Positions 1-10,216 of a stretch of 64,000 nucleotides of DNA are shown piece after piece. Position 1 is the stretch's first letter. Every line of letters starts with the position of its first letter. The translations under genes were made by a program, and so were the position numbers. This DNA comes from Candidatus Gottesmanbacteria bacterium (GTDB taxonomy: Bacteria; Patescibacteriota; Microgenomatia; UBA10105; UBA927), in the NCBI GenBank assembly GCA_963701185.1, contig OY969569.1, positions 116,392 through 180,391 of the forward strand. Reading direction: 5' to 3'. The notes below the pieces were generated by a model that was not told the DNA's origin, did no database searches, and worked only from the letters and a program-made list of their open reading frames with translations.

Positions 1-803
1 GTGATCCCGGTGCTGTGAGAAAGGCGATGGGTGGAAGTGAGATAGTCGTTCATTTTGCCGCAGAAAGTCATGTGGACCGTTCCATTAGTGACCCCGCAAC
101 ATTTGTAAAAACCAATGTAGCGGGGACACAGGTGTTGCTGGATGCAGCGCAGGTCGCGAAAGTTTCGCGGTTTCATCATGTTTCGACGGATGAAGTGTTC
201 GGGTCGCTCACGCTTGAGGATCCGGGTAAATTTAGTGAACGAACACCGTATGACCCCAGAAGCCCCTACTCGGCAAGTAAGGCCGGTTCGGACCATTTGG
301 TACGCGCCTACTATCATACGTTCGGGCTCCCCATCACGATCACGAACTGCTCCAATAATTTCGGCCCGTTCCATTTTCCGGAAAAATTTATCCCGCTTGC
401 CATTACCAATGTTCTGGAAGGGAATAAAGTGCCGGTCTACGGTGACGGGAAAAATGTGCGGGATTGGCTCTACGTCGAGGATCATTGCCGGGCTATTGAA
501 GCGGTTTTGGGTAAAGGAAAAGTCGGAGAAACATATTGCGTCGGCGGAGCAACACGTGACATCAGTAATCTTGACGTGGTGCGTTTGATTCTGCAAAAAA
601 TGGGGAAAGACGAGTCGTTCATAGAGTTTGTCCGCGACCGTCCTGGGCATGACCGCCGGTATGCAATCGACTGGTCCAAAATTAACCGCGAGTTGGGGTG
701 GAAGCCGCAGCATGATTTTGAAGAATGGCTTGTCAAAACCATTGAGTGGTACAAAACGCACGAGTCCTGGTGGAAGCGGTTGAAAAACGGAGTTGCCCAA
801 TGA
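1..803 (+). CDS. rfbB: dTDP-glucose 4,6-dehydratase, 5'-truncated by window edge (C-terminal ~265 aa)
   Basis: Frame is open from nt 3, and the translation contains [51 protein letters not shown], the classic RmlB SDR motifs (YxxxK). The N-terminal Rossmann segment lies upstream of the window. The stop at 801-803 overlaps the next start (ATGA). Confidence 0.9.
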   Translation, partial: DPGAVRKAMGGSEIVVHFAAESHVDRSISDPATFVKTNVAGTQVLLDAAQVAKVSRFHHVSTDEVFGSLTLEDPGKFSERTPYDPRSPYSASKAGSDHLVRAYYHTFGLPITITNCSNNFGPFHFPEKFIPLAITNVLEGNKVPVYGDGKNVRDWLYVEDHCRAIEAVLGKGKVGETYCVGGATRDISNLDVVRLILQKMGKDESFIEFVRDRPGHDRRYAIDWSKINRELGWKPQHDFEEWLVKTIEWYKTHESWWKRLKNGVAQ

Positions 804-1642
804 ACATTTTGGGAACAGGTTTATCGGGATTGGTGGGGAGCCGTGTGACCGAGTTGCTTTCCCCTGAATTTACCTTTGAAAATTTAAGCCTCGATACGGG
901 TGTGGATATTACGGACAAAAAGAGCGTGACGGCACGGCTCGAAAAATCAGATGCACCCTGGGTTTTTCACATGGCGGCCTATACCAATGTTCAGAACGCG
1001 GAAAAAGAGAAGGATATGGCACGGAAGGTGAATGTTGAAGCAACCCAAAACATCGCAGATATCTGTAAAAAACTCGGGAAACGGCTTTTGTATATTGATA
1101 CGGATTATGCGTTTGACGGTAAGAAAAAAATATATACGGAAGAAGATGCCCCCAATCCGCTCGGATGGTATGCTCAAACGAAAACTGAAGGCGCAAAGTG
1201 CGTTTTGGCAATCGGCGGTTTGGTTATCCGTATATCCAATCCGTATCGGGCAAATCCCGTGGGCAAGAAGGATTTTGTCCATAAAATGCTTGAGAGGCTG
1301 CGTTTGGGGCAGACAGTTACGGCGCCTGCGGATCAGATATTCGCACCGACGTTTATTGACGATATTGCGGCGGCCCTGCGGGTGTTGGTGAGGCTGGGGG
1401 CAAGCGGCATCTATCATGTGGTCGGCAGTCCGCTCTCACCCTACGAGGCGGCCGGTATCATTGCGCAGGTATTCGGGTGCGACAAAACACTCATTCAGAA
1501 AACTTCTTTTGCAGCGATGTTTGCGGGTCGTGCACCGGTTCCTCAGTATGCCGCGCTGAAAAATGATAAAATACAATCTCTCGGACTGAAGATGCACTCA
1601 TTTGTCGAAGGAATAGCGGAAGTAAAGAAACAAGAAATATGA
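800..1642 (+). CDS. rfbD: dTDP-4-dehydrorhamnose reductase (RmlD-like SDR)
   Basis: ATG at 800 overlaps the rfbB stop (ATGA). N-terminus [16 protein letters not shown], internal YGWYAQTK (YxxxK). Length ~280 aa and position directly after rfbB are typical. Family assignment is from motifs only. Confidence 0.7.
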   Translation: MNILGTGLSGLVGSRVTELLSPEFTFENLSLDTGVDITDKKSVTARLEKSDAPWVFHMAAYTNVQNAEKEKDMARKVNVEATQNIADICKKLGKRLLYIDTDYAFDGKKKIYTEEDAPNPLGWYAQTKTEGAKCVLAIGGLVIRISNPYRANPVGKKDFVHKMLERLRLGQTVTAPADQIFAPTFIDDIAAALRVLVRLGASGIYHVVGSPLSPYEAAGIIAQVFGCDKTLIQKTSFAAMFAGRAPVPQYAALKNDKIQSLGLKMHSFVEGIAEVKKQEI

Positions 1643-2937
1643 CTATTACGTTCATCGGCCACGGCTACGTCGGACTCGTTACCGCCTCGGTGTTTGCGGA
1701 CCTCGGGAATACCGTATGGGTCGTAGGCCGGACAAAAGAAAAAATCGAGAATTTAAAAAAAGGCATCACGCCCTTTTTTGAACCGGGTCTTGCGGAACTG
1801 GTGAAGAGGAATGTCAACGCCGGCCGGCTCAAATTTACCCTTGATTACAAAGAAGCAGTAACACCGTCCGCGATCATATTCATCTGCGTCGGGACTCCGC
1901 CCAAAGCCACAGGAGAGGCGGATCTGACGAGTGTATTTTCTGCGGCGGAGAGTATCGCAAAATCGCTGGTGGGATATAAAGTCGTCGTAACTAAAAGCAC
2001 GGTCCCCCCAGGAACAAACAGAAAAGTCGGGGAGATCATCAGTACATATAAACCCCAGGGGACATCATGTGCAATCGCATCCGTTCCGGAATTTTTACGG
2101 GAAGGGACGGCAATTGAGGACACACTGCATCCGGATCGGGTTGTCGTCGGAACAACATCCGACAGAGCCAGAGAATTGCTGCTCGAACTTCATAAACCTA
2201 TCAACGGGAAAACAGTTCTGTGTAATCTGGAAACTGCAGAACTTATTAAATATGCGTCCAATTCGCTGTTGTCCACGAAAATATCATTCGCCAACGCAAT
2301 CGCTCTGCTTTCGGAAAAAGTCGGAGCTGACGCGGAATATGTTCTGGAAGCAGTCGGGCTTGACAGACGCTTGGGGCGCAGTTTCCTGTATGCAGGGGTC
2401 GGGTACGGCGGGAGTTGTTTCCCCAAAGACGTCAAGGCGCTTATCGCGATAGCAAAGCACTATGGCTACGATTTTTCACTCCTGAAAGCCGTTGATGAAA
2501 TCAACAGAAAAACCGCCGAGGATTTTGTCGGAAAAATCACCCGCCATTTCCATGATGATCTGAAAGGAAAACATATTGCCGTATTAGGCCTTTCATTTAA
2601 GCCCAACACGGACGATATGCGGGAAGCGCCCTCCGTCTTTATTATCAATCAACTCGTCAAACACGGGGCAAAAGTGACGGCATATGATCCGGTTGCCATG
2701 GACAATGCCAAACGCATATTGCCTGCCTCTGTTACTTTCGCGCGGGACGCGTATGCGGCGGCAACCGGGGCGGATGCGGTCGCGGTGGTTACCGAATGGA
2801 ATGAATTTCAGCAATTGGATCTCGTGAGACTGGCACGCGGCATGAATACGCTCGTATTATTTGACGGGCGCAATATTTATGAACCGGCCAAGGTCAAAGC
2901 GTTGGGTTTCATGTATTACGGTGTGGGGAGAATGTGA
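1639..2937 (+). CDS. ugd: UDP-glucose 6-dehydrogenase (UDP-glucose/GDP-mannose dehydrogenase family)
   Basis: N-terminal FIGHGYVGLVTA NAD fold, catalytic GGSCFPKDV motif, 432 aa. ATGA overlap with rfbD. Confidence 0.85.
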   Translation: MTITFIGHGYVGLVTASVFADLGNTVWVVGRTKEKIENLKKGITPFFEPGLAELVKRNVNAGRLKFTLDYKEAVTPSAIIFICVGTPPKATGEADLTSVFSAAESIAKSLVGYKVVVTKSTVPPGTNRKVGEIISTYKPQGTSCAIASVPEFLREGTAIEDTLHPDRVVVGTTSDRARELLLELHKPINGKTVLCNLETAELIKYASNSLLSTKISFANAIALLSEKVGADAEYVLEAVGLDRRLGRSFLYAGVGYGGSCFPKDVKALIAIAKHYGYDFSLLKAVDEINRKTAEDFVGKITRHFHDDLKGKHIAVLGLSFKPNTDDMREAPSVFIINQLVKHGAKVTAYDPVAMDNAKRILPASVTFARDAYAAATGADAVAVVTEWNEFQQLDLVRLARGMNTLVLFDGRNIYEPAKVKALGFMYYGVGRM

Positions 2938-2955
2938 TAGTATTAAAGGAGGAAT

Positions 2956-3915
2956 ATGGCAGCAAAAAAAGCATTTATTACGGGTATCGCGGGGTTTGTC
3001 GGAAGCCATCTGGCGGAATTACTGCTTACCCAGGGATACGAAGTATACGGACTTACCCGGTCGCGCAGTAAAACGGATTATATAGAATCCATTATTACAA
3101 AGCTTCATCTCGAGGATGCGGACATTTTGGACACGCATAGCCTGTATGCGACCATTTCGCGCATTAAGCCGGATTACATTTTTCATCTCGCCGCACAATC
3201 ATTTGTTCCCACGTCGTGGGTGTCGCCGTCTGTGACGCTTGAAACAAACATCGTGGGATCGGCAAATCTATTTGAAGCGGTACGCCAGGTCGGTATTGAC
3301 CCGGTTATTCAGATAGCCTGCTCCAGTGAGGAATATGGTTTGGTCCATCCCGACGAATTGCCCATTAAGGAGACAAACCCATTGCGGCCGCTTTCACCCT
3401 ACGCGGTATCCAAGCTTGCCATGGACTATCTGGGATATCAGTATTTTCAGTCATATAAGATCAGGATTGTCCGTACCCGCGGCTTTAACCATACGGGGCC
3501 CCGGCGCGGCGATACGTTTGCGGAATCTAATTTTGCCAAACAGATCGCCATGATCGAAAAAGGCAAACAGGAACCGGTCATTCACGTCGGAAATCTGGAG
3601 GCAAGCCGCGACTATACGGATGTCCGCGATATGGTAAAAGGATACCTGGTTGCCGTGGAAAAATGCGATCCCGGCGACGTGTACAATATTTGTACCGGTA
3701 CGACGGTAAAAATCGGGGATATGCTTGCGATGTTGTTATCCCTCTCCAAGACAAAAGTGACCATTCAGGCTGATCAGTCGCGCATGCGCCCTTCAGACGT
3801 GCCGGTTTTATTGGGGGATAACAGTAAATTTGTGGAAAAAACCGGTTGGAAGCCGGAAATCCCTTTCAAAAAAACAATGGAGGATCTCCTCAACTATTGG
3901 CGTGCTCGCGTTTGA
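2956..3915 (+). CDS. GDP-mannose 4,6-dehydratase family SDR (short Gmd/Rmd-like, 319 aa)
   Basis: AGGAGG Shine-Dalgarno 7 nt upstream. FITGIAGFVGSHLAELL, SPYAVSKL, FNHTGPRRGDTF, RPSDVPVLLGDNSKFVEKTGWKP align with conserved Gmd blocks (SPYAVAKL, FNHESPRRGETF, RP.EV..LLGD..KA.EKLGWKP). The short length also fits GDP-4-keto-6-deoxymannose reductase (Rmd). Confidence 0.75.
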   Translation: MAAKKAFITGIAGFVGSHLAELLLTQGYEVYGLTRSRSKTDYIESIITKLHLEDADILDTHSLYATISRIKPDYIFHLAAQSFVPTSWVSPSVTLETNIVGSANLFEAVRQVGIDPVIQIACSSEEYGLVHPDELPIKETNPLRPLSPYAVSKLAMDYLGYQYFQSYKIRIVRTRGFNHTGPRRGDTFAESNFAKQIAMIEKGKQEPVIHVGNLEASRDYTDVRDMVKGYLVAVEKCDPGDVYNICTGTTVKIGDMLAMLLSLSKTKVTIQADQSRMRPSDVPVLLGDNSKFVEKTGWKPEIPFKKTMEDLLNYWRARV

Positions 3916-3924
3916 GCCTACCAT

Positions 3925-5043
3925 ATGAAGGTTGTCGTTATCATTCCCACGTATAACGAACGAGAGAATATCATCGTGCTTCTTGACCGGCTGGAGGCGG
4001 CATTGAGAGGAGTTAAACGGCACACTATTTCCTACCTGGTCGTCGATGATACATCACCGGACGGAACCCAGGATTTGGTGAAAAAATATCAGCAGACACA
4101 CAAAGATGTTCATCTGATTACGGGTAAAAAAGAGGGTTTAGGAAAAGCATTACTGCGCGGCATGACATACGCAGCCACCCGCCTGAATGCCGATATTCTG
4201 CTTCAGATGGATGCGGACTTATCCCACGATCCCGCGTCAGCGCCGGAGTTTTTGCGGGCGCTGGACAACGGGGCCGATTTTGTCGTCGGCAGCAGATATA
4301 TCCCCGGGGGATCAATACCGGAAAATTGGGGACTCATCCGGAAAATATACAGCGTGATAGGGAACGCCATTGTACGGTTCGGCCTCTGGCACCCGCGGGT
4401 TCACGACTGGACCGGAGGGTTCCGTGCCTATACAAAAAAATATTATCTGGATAACAGGGAAAAGGTAAAAGGGTACAGCGGGTATGTGTTTCAGATTGCG
4501 TTCCTGCATAGCGCCATCCATGACGGAGCGAAGATTACCGAGGTCCCGATCCAGTTTACCGACAGACTGTTCGGGCATTCAAAGATCGCACCGGCCGAAT
4601 ATATCTTTAATATTTACAAATTCATCGCGGTTACGCGATGTGGGGAAATAGTGACCGGGCCGTTCGGGAAGTTTCTGGTCGTCGGAGGTATAGGATTTAT
4701 CCTCAATGCCGTACTTCTCGTGATATTTCATAATTGGGTACATTGGTCGGCGACATGGTCAAATCTCATCGGAGCGGGAGTTGCGATATTCTCAAACTAT
4801 AATCTCAATAATATATGGACGTTTAAAAAGAATAAAATTTCCGGTATCGGACAATACCTCGTTAAACTGCTGCAATTTTATGCGACGAGTGCTTTCGGAG
4901 TCATTGTGATACAAACAGGAATAATATGGGTAGGGGTCTCACTGCTGGGAGACAGATGGTATTTTGAATCCTTCCTGTTTGGGACAGCACTTCTCTTAAT
5001 ATGGAATTACATTATGTATTCAAAAGTAATATGGAAGAAATAA
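3925..5043 (+). CDS. GT2 polyprenol-phosphate sugar synthase (Dpm1-like) fused to C-terminal GtrA-like flippase domain
   Basis: VVIIPTYNERENI...VVDDTSPDGT, a DxD-type GT2 core. The C-terminal ~120 aa are 4 TM helices resembling GtrA (FLVVGGIGFILNAVLLVIF...W.F.K). Confidence 0.85.
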   Translation: MKVVVIIPTYNERENIIVLLDRLEAALRGVKRHTISYLVVDDTSPDGTQDLVKKYQQTHKDVHLITGKKEGLGKALLRGMTYAATRLNADILLQMDADLSHDPASAPEFLRALDNGADFVVGSRYIPGGSIPENWGLIRKIYSVIGNAIVRFGLWHPRVHDWTGGFRAYTKKYYLDNREKVKGYSGYVFQIAFLHSAIHDGAKITEVPIQFTDRLFGHSKIAPAEYIFNIYKFIAVTRCGEIVTGPFGKFLVVGGIGFILNAVLLVIFHNWVHWSATWSNLIGAGVAIFSNYNLNNIWTFKKNKISGIGQYLVKLLQFYATSAFGVIVIQTGIIWVGVSLLGDRWYFESFLFGTALLLIWNYIMYSKVIWKK

Positions 5044-6511
5044 AACGCCGCTGGTGGCTTATTCCGCTCATCCTTATTCTCGGTTTTGCCGCATACCTTC
5101 GGCTCTATAAAATTTCCGGCTACATGACGTTTTTGGGGGATGAAGGACGTGATGTATTGGTCGTCATGCACATGATCGTAAACCACAAGTTCACGCTTTT
5201 GGGGCCCACCGCGTCCGTCGGGGGGTTTTTCTTGGGCCGATTTACTATTATTTCATGCTTCCGTTTTTGTGGGCGTGGAAATTAAATCCGGTAGGCCCTG
5301 CCATCATGGTGGCCCTCTTCGGGATTGCGACCGTCTATCTCGTGTTTAAAGTGGGGAAGGAATTCGTCAGCCCGCTCGCGGGCCTTATCGCCGCCAGCTT
5401 GTATGCGCTTTCTCCGTTGGTGATCGCGTACTCCCGCTCTTCGTGGAACCCGAATCTCGTACCGTTTTTTTCGCTGCTTCTCATGTATCTTGTCTATAAA
5501 CAAAAATATCTGGCAGCAGGAGTAATTCTCGGGATCGGATTGCAGCTGCATTATTTGTTTCTCTTTATGTTTGTTGTTGTCGGGCTGTGGATTATCGTCA
5601 CAAAAGCATGGAAAAATATTGTCTTTGTTTTTCTTGGTTTTCTCATCGGCTACTCGCCCTTTCTGGCGTTTGAAGTACGCCACGGGTTTCCCAATACCCA
5701 ATCCGTCATACGGTTTCTTCTGGCCGGTAAAGATACGGGGGTGGCTCCGGGATTTTTTACCACGATTGACGATGTGGTGTTCCGGTTGTTCGGGCGGCTC
5801 CTGTACCGGCTGCCGGACGGGGCATTATGGAAGATAATCCCCGCGTGGCAGCTCTCGTTGTGGTTTGCCGGCATACGGACGACGATTTATATAAGTTTCG
5901 TCTTTCTTGTTTTATTGACGACCCGTCGGAATCGTCCTGCTCAATTATTACTTATCTGGTTCTCCACAGTCATACTCCTTTTTGGTTTGTATCAAAAGGC
6001 GATTTATGATTATTACTTCGGAATTTTATTTACTTTTCCGTTTTTGGCTCTCGGATGGATTTTGTTTACGGTTTGGCGGGTGAAGTACGGAAAAATACTT
6101 GCTCTTTTGATTTGGGCCGGACTTCTGTATTTTAACTGGCAGGGCAGGCCGTTTCTCTATCCCCCGAATAACCAGCTTGCTCAGGCGAGACTTATTGCCC
6201 AGACGGCGCTTGCTCAGACTGCAGGGAAACCGTTTAATTTCGCCCTTATTACCGGATCAAATTCCGATCACACCTACCGGTATTTTTTTGAAATTGCAGG
6301 ACAGGCGCCGGTCACGATAGAGAATACCCAGCTAGATCCCAAACGTACGTCCGTGACGGATCAACTGATTGTGATGTGCGAATTATCAGATTGTAAACCT
6401 CTGGGGCACCCGCTATGGGAAATAGCCGGGTTCGGAAGAGCGGAAATTACAGGAGAATGGGATGTGCCGTTTGTGAAAATATTCAGGCTTGTGCATTATA
6501 CTGGAATATAA
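5031..6511 (+). pseudogene. GT-C fold glycosyltransferase (ArnT/PMT_2-like, 'F.GDEGRD' subfamily) interrupted by a -1 frameshift in a G6T5 tract
   Basis: ORF 5001/5031..5285 (frame 0) and ORF 5255..6511 (frame 2) are colinear with the paralogue 40080..41603 (FLGDEGRD vs FGFDQGRD; GP.YYY block). The frames switch inside GGGGGGTTTTT at 5220-5230. Single-base restoration gives ...SVGGFFLGPIYYYFMLPF.... Confidence 0.7.
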
Positions 6512-6512
6512 T

Positions 6513-7265
6513 ATGGGTAAGATAGATCTTTCCGTGGTCATTCCTGCATATAACGAGGAAACGAATATTCGTTTGGGGGCTCTGGATAAAGTCTCGCGGT
6601 ATTTGGAACATCAGTCATACAAATGGGAAGCAATTATTGTGGATGACGGATCAACTGACGAAACATCAAGACTTCTTGATGCGTTTGTGTCGGCAAACCC
6701 CGGGTTTTCCGTCATCCATAATCCTCATCAAGGAAAAGCCTCAACAGTTATTACCGGGATGCTTGGAAGCCGCGGCAATATTGTGCTGTTTACGGATCTT
6801 GATCAGGCAACTCCCATAAACGAACTGGCGCATGTCCTTCCGTGGTTTGAAAAAGGGTATGATGTCGTGATCGGATCACGAAGCGGCCGCAGGCAGGGCG
6901 CGCCCGTCACGCGGCGGGTGATGGCACGGGGGTTTATGATACTCCGGGGCGTGATGTTGGGTCTTCGTGGCATTGTGGATACGCAATGCGGGTTTAAAGC
7001 GTTCAGGAACGACGTGGCCAAAGATATTTTTCACCGTTTGAAATTGTATGGAGAGAGGCACACGGTCAGCGGATCCATGGTAACGGCAGGGTTTGATATA
7101 GAGGTGCTGTTTCTGGCACGGAAACTGGGGTATAAGATTAAAGAAGTGCCGGTCGAATGGCATTACGTGGAAACCCGCCGCGTGAATCCCGTCATAGATT
7201 CAATTCAGGGACTGACGGATATTCTTAAGATCCGCATGAATGCATGGCGGGGGCTATATGGCTAA
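6513..7265 (+). CDS. GT2 polyprenol-phosphate glycosyltransferase (Dpm1/Alg5-like)
   Basis: DLSVVIPAYNEETNI...IIVDDGSTDETS...DLDQATP. Soluble ~250 aa GT2, similar to 3925 and 48150. Confidence 0.85.
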   Translation: MGKIDLSVVIPAYNEETNIRLGALDKVSRYLEHQSYKWEAIIVDDGSTDETSRLLDAFVSANPGFSVIHNPHQGKASTVITGMLGSRGNIVLFTDLDQATPINELAHVLPWFEKGYDVVIGSRSGRRQGAPVTRRVMARGFMILRGVMLGLRGIVDTQCGFKAFRNDVAKDIFHRLKLYGERHTVSGSMVTAGFDIEVLFLARKLGYKIKEVPVEWHYVETRRVNPVIDSIQGLTDILKIRMNAWRGLYG

Positions 7266-8415
7266 AAAATTGTTTATCGGCTATCTACTCGCCTCAGTCG
7301 GACTCTTCTTGTATTCCTACACGCAGGTTGATTTGGGCCTGACACTGTCGCGAGCCAACATCTATCAGACTCTCGAAAAAGGTTTCCAGCATATCGGGTA
7401 TTTTAACCGGCCGTTGTCCGCAACGCTGTATCTTATTCTTGTTGCAGCATTTTTTGTCATGTACGGTATCGTATTGAATGTCATAAAGAAAAATATCATA
7501 TCTGTCAAAAGTTTCTGGTGGCTTGTCGGCATTACCACTGCAATTCTTATTTTCTCCTACCCCGCGTTTTCCTATGACATGTTCAATTATATGTTTACGG
7601 CAAAAACCGTACTTCTCTATCACAAAAATCCGTACGCTGTTATTCCGTTGCAGTTTGCGGGGGTGGAACCCTGGCTTTCGTTCATGCACTGGACGCATTT
7701 ACCCAGCGCCTATACGCCGCTGTGGATTCTCCTCACTCTCCCCGCATATCTTATGGGGTTCGGGTATTTCCTGCTGATTATGTGGAATATAAAAATACTG
7801 GTTGCCGCCGCCTACATTATTACGACGATCTACATAGGGAAGATTCTCGGCAAACTTGAACCGGGGAAACGGTTGATGGGTATGGCGATTTTTGCCCTGA
7901 ATCCTCTTGTTATTTTTGAATCACTCGTCAGCGGGCATAATGACATGGTGATGATGGCATTCGTCATGATTGCCTACTATTTATATATTACTAAAAAACG
8001 CTGGGCGGCGTGGTTTGCCCTTTCATTATCCGTCGCTCTCAAACTGATGACGATATTTTTACTTCCGGTCTTTTTTGTGGGTTGGCAGCGGAAAATTGCG
8101 CTAGGCGCTATGATCATCGGATTCTTATTGGTGGCTACTCAAAGGGAGATTTTAGGCTGGTATGTGGTGTGGCTCGTGCCGTTTTACGCCTTGCTGCCGT
8201 CGGTTGAGTGGGCGCTCATCGCCGGAAGCGGCCTATCGCTGGGCCTCCTTCTTACCTACGCCCCATTCCTGTACACCGGTGCCTACGATCCGCCGGTCCA
8301 AACCCTAAAATTTTGGGCAATGGTTGTACCGGTCATTCTTGCGTTCTGTTGGGTTGGTATTCGTAAACTCAGTTACCACGCAAAAAGACCACACCATTTA
8401 GATATAGGTTATTGA
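7258..8415 (+). CDS. Polytopic membrane protein, putative GT-C-like (paralogue of 44496..45578)
   Basis: About 10 predicted TM helices. The SYPAFSYDMFNYMFTAKT...HKNPY block is shared with 44496 (SYPALTYDVFNYIATAKV...HENPY). The 8-nt overlap with the upstream GT2 suggests co-translation. Confidence 0.5.
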   Translation: MAKKLFIGYLLASVGLFLYSYTQVDLGLTLSRANIYQTLEKGFQHIGYFNRPLSATLYLILVAAFFVMYGIVLNVIKKNIISVKSFWWLVGITTAILIFSYPAFSYDMFNYMFTAKTVLLYHKNPYAVIPLQFAGVEPWLSFMHWTHLPSAYTPLWILLTLPAYLMGFGYFLLIMWNIKILVAAAYIITTIYIGKILGKLEPGKRLMGMAIFALNPLVIFESLVSGHNDMVMMAFVMIAYYLYITKKRWAAWFALSLSVALKLMTIFLLPVFFVGWQRKIALGAMIIGFLLVATQREILGWYVVWLVPFYALLPSVEWALIAGSGLSLGLLLTYAPFLYTGAYDPPVQTLKFWAMVVPVILAFCWVGIRKLSYHAKRPHHLDIGY

Positions 8416-8449
8416 CTGTCAATAGATAGTAAATGGTATAGTATAGGGA
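8414..8449 (+). promoter_or_regulatory. Candidate sigma70-type promoter for small ORF 8450
   Basis: TTGACT at 8414-8419 overlapping an 11-nt palindrome TTGACTGTCAA, then TATAGT/TATAGG-like -10 candidates about 19 nt downstream. It is the only >30-nt non-coding gap in the first 28 kb. Confidence 0.35.
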
Positions 8450-8701
8450 ATGAAAAAAGCAGTGAGAGTTCTTTCTGGTGATGATGTGAGGGATATTTTG
8501 GATGATAAACTACGGGAAACCGGGTTGGATGAGGTGCCGAAAAGACTCGATATTCTTGATAAAATTTTGACATCAGTTGATAAACTCGTCGGTGAAGTGA
8601 AAGGATATCGGGAAGAACAAACGCTCAATGCTGATAAACTCGCAAAGCACGACGACGTTATCGGAAAAATTGCGAAACATCTCCATTTGCAGGCCCTCTA
8701 A
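8450..8701 (+). CDS. Small acidic hypothetical protein (83 aa), no recognised domain
   Basis: Clean ORF with its own upstream promoter-like sequence. Helical, Asp/Lys-rich (DILDDKLRETGLDEVPKRLDILDKIL). It interrupts an otherwise continuous glycosyltransferase array. Confidence 0.45.
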   Translation: MKKAVRVLSGDDVRDILDDKLRETGLDEVPKRLDILDKILTSVDKLVGEVKGYREEQTLNADKLAKHDDVIGKIAKHLHLQAL

Positions 8702-8722
8702 CGCTTCAGGTATAATTTGAGT

Positions 8723-10216
8723 ATGCGCAGGAACATGGTGCTTCTGATCGTTGGACTCGTAGTACTCTATGCGGTAACCCGCCTCACAAACCTCACGAAG
8801 CTCCCGATATTTACCGATGAAGCCATTTATATCCGCTGGTCCCAAATCGGCAGCCGTGACGCAAACTGGCGGTTTATTTCCCTTGTTGACGGAAAGCAGC
8901 CGCTCTTTACCTGGATTATGATGATATTCCTGCGGTTAATCCGCGATCCGCTTGTGGCAGGCCGGATGGTATCGGTTATGGCAGGATTTTTTACGACGAT
9001 CGGAATGTGGTTCACCGCGCTGGAGCTGTTTAAACGTAAAAACATAGCTTTCATTGCAAGCTTTTTGTATATTGTCATTCCGTTTGGCCTTTTCTACGAC
9101 CGCATGGCCCTGTATGACTCGTGGGTTGCGGCGTTTTCCATTTGGAATTTATACTTAGCGATACTCCTTGTGCGCCGTGTGCGGTTGGACGCAGCGTTAC
9201 TTTTGGGACTGACATTGGGCATGGGAATGCTCAATAAGACGTCAGGGTTTTTGAGTTTATATATGCTGCCGGGCACGCTTCTACTGTTTGACTGGAACAG
9301 AACCGGCAGAATGAGGCGGTTTTTGCGATGGATAGGACTTGCCGCTGTTGCGGCGGTCATTTCGCAGCTGCTGTACAGTGTCCTTCGGCTTTCCCCGCTT
9401 TTCGGCATGATAGAACAAAAAAATGCATTGTTTGTCTATCCGCTGAAAGAATGGCTTACGCATCCGTTTAATTTTCTTTTAGGCAATATTCACGGGCTTT
9501 TTGACTGGGCGATTCATTACCTTACCTGGCCGATTTTTACGGCGGCATTACTTTCCGGTTTCTCGCTGTGGAAGCGTACACGGGAGAAATTACTGTTGTT
9601 GGGTTGGTGGTTTGCACCGTTTTTTGCTCTCGCCGCCGACGGAAGAGTGCTGTATCCGCGGTTTATTCTGTTTATGATACTTCCGCTCATAATCCTGGCT
9701 TCAGCGGCCGTGGACTGGATGTGGAACCGGTTTAAAGGATCCGTCTGGCGTTGGGTATTGATCGGCGTCCTGTTCTTCGGAAGTTTCTATACGGATTTCT
9801 ATATTATTACCAATCCGATATATGCGCCGATTCCCAATGCCGATGCCGGACAATATATCAACGATTGGCCGGCCGGGTGGGGTATTCCCCAGGTGAATGC
9901 ATTTTTATTGGGTCAGGCGGAAAAAGGAAAAATTACGGTATATACGGACGGTACATTCGGCCTTCTTCCGTATGCGGTAGAGCTGTATATGGTAGACAAC
10001 CCGAACGTTACGATCAAGGGGATATATCCGATACCGGGCGACATACCGAAGGAGATGACCGATCAGGCAAAGAAAAATCCGACATTCATGATTTTTAACC
10101 AGAAGCAAAATGTCCCGCCGTGGCCGTTGACGCTTATTGCCCAGTATCAAAAGGGTCAGAATACCGTAAAGTTCATGCGATTGTACGAGATACTTCCTCA
10201 AGCACCTAGTCTATGA
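8723..10216 (+). CDS. GT-C fold glycosyltransferase (PMT_2/ArnT-like, 'FTDEAIY' type)
   Basis: About 12 TM helices. First periplasmic loop has a DE motif (LPIFTDEAIYIRW). A TATAAT at 8709-8714 sits immediately upstream. Start codon is ambiguous (TTG 8717 / ATG 8723 / ATG 8735). Confidence 0.6.
   Translation: MRRNMVLLIVGLVVLYAVTRLTNLTKLPIFTDEAIYIRWSQIGSRDANWRFISLVDGKQPLFTWIMMIFLRLIRDPLVAGRMVSVMAGFFTTIGMWFTALELFKRKNIAFIASFLYIVIPFGLFYDRMALYDSWVAAFSIWNLYLAILLVRRVRLDAALLLGLTLGMGMLNKTSGFLSLYMLPGTLLLFDWNRTGRMRRFLRWIGLAAVAAVISQLLYSVLRLSPLFGMIEQKNALFVYPLKEWLTHPFNFLLGNIHGLFDWAIHYLTWPIFTAALLSGFSLWKRTREKLLLLGWWFAPFFALAADGRVLYPRFILFMILPLIILASAAVDWMWNRFKGSVWRWVLIGVLFFGSFYTDFYIITNPIYAPIPNADAGQYINDWPAGWGIPQVNAFLLGQAEKGKITVYTDGTFGLLPYAVELYMVDNPNVTIKGIYPIPGDIPKEMTDQAKKNPTFMIFNQKQNVPPWPLTLIAQYQKGQNTVKFMRLYEILPQAPSL

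Noticed and set aside
142-1417. Many 60-180-aa ORFs overlapping or antisense to the large genes (e.g. 142..588, 482..754, 947..1417, 21812..22351, 43469..43921)
   Set aside because: They lie entirely within well-supported conserved genes in other frames and have no motifs. They are typical of chance ORFs.
5220-5230. Classical slipped-strand phase variation at G6T5 and T6 tracts
   Set aside because: The tracts are shorter than those usually associated with high-frequency phase variation. Sequencing error or fixed pseudogene are at least as likely, so this is reported as a frameshift observation only.
8414-8424. Palindrome TTGACTGTCAA as a transcription-factor operator
   Set aside because: 5-bp-arm palindromes are expected dozens of times by chance in 64 kb. 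It is kept only as a note within the promoter call.
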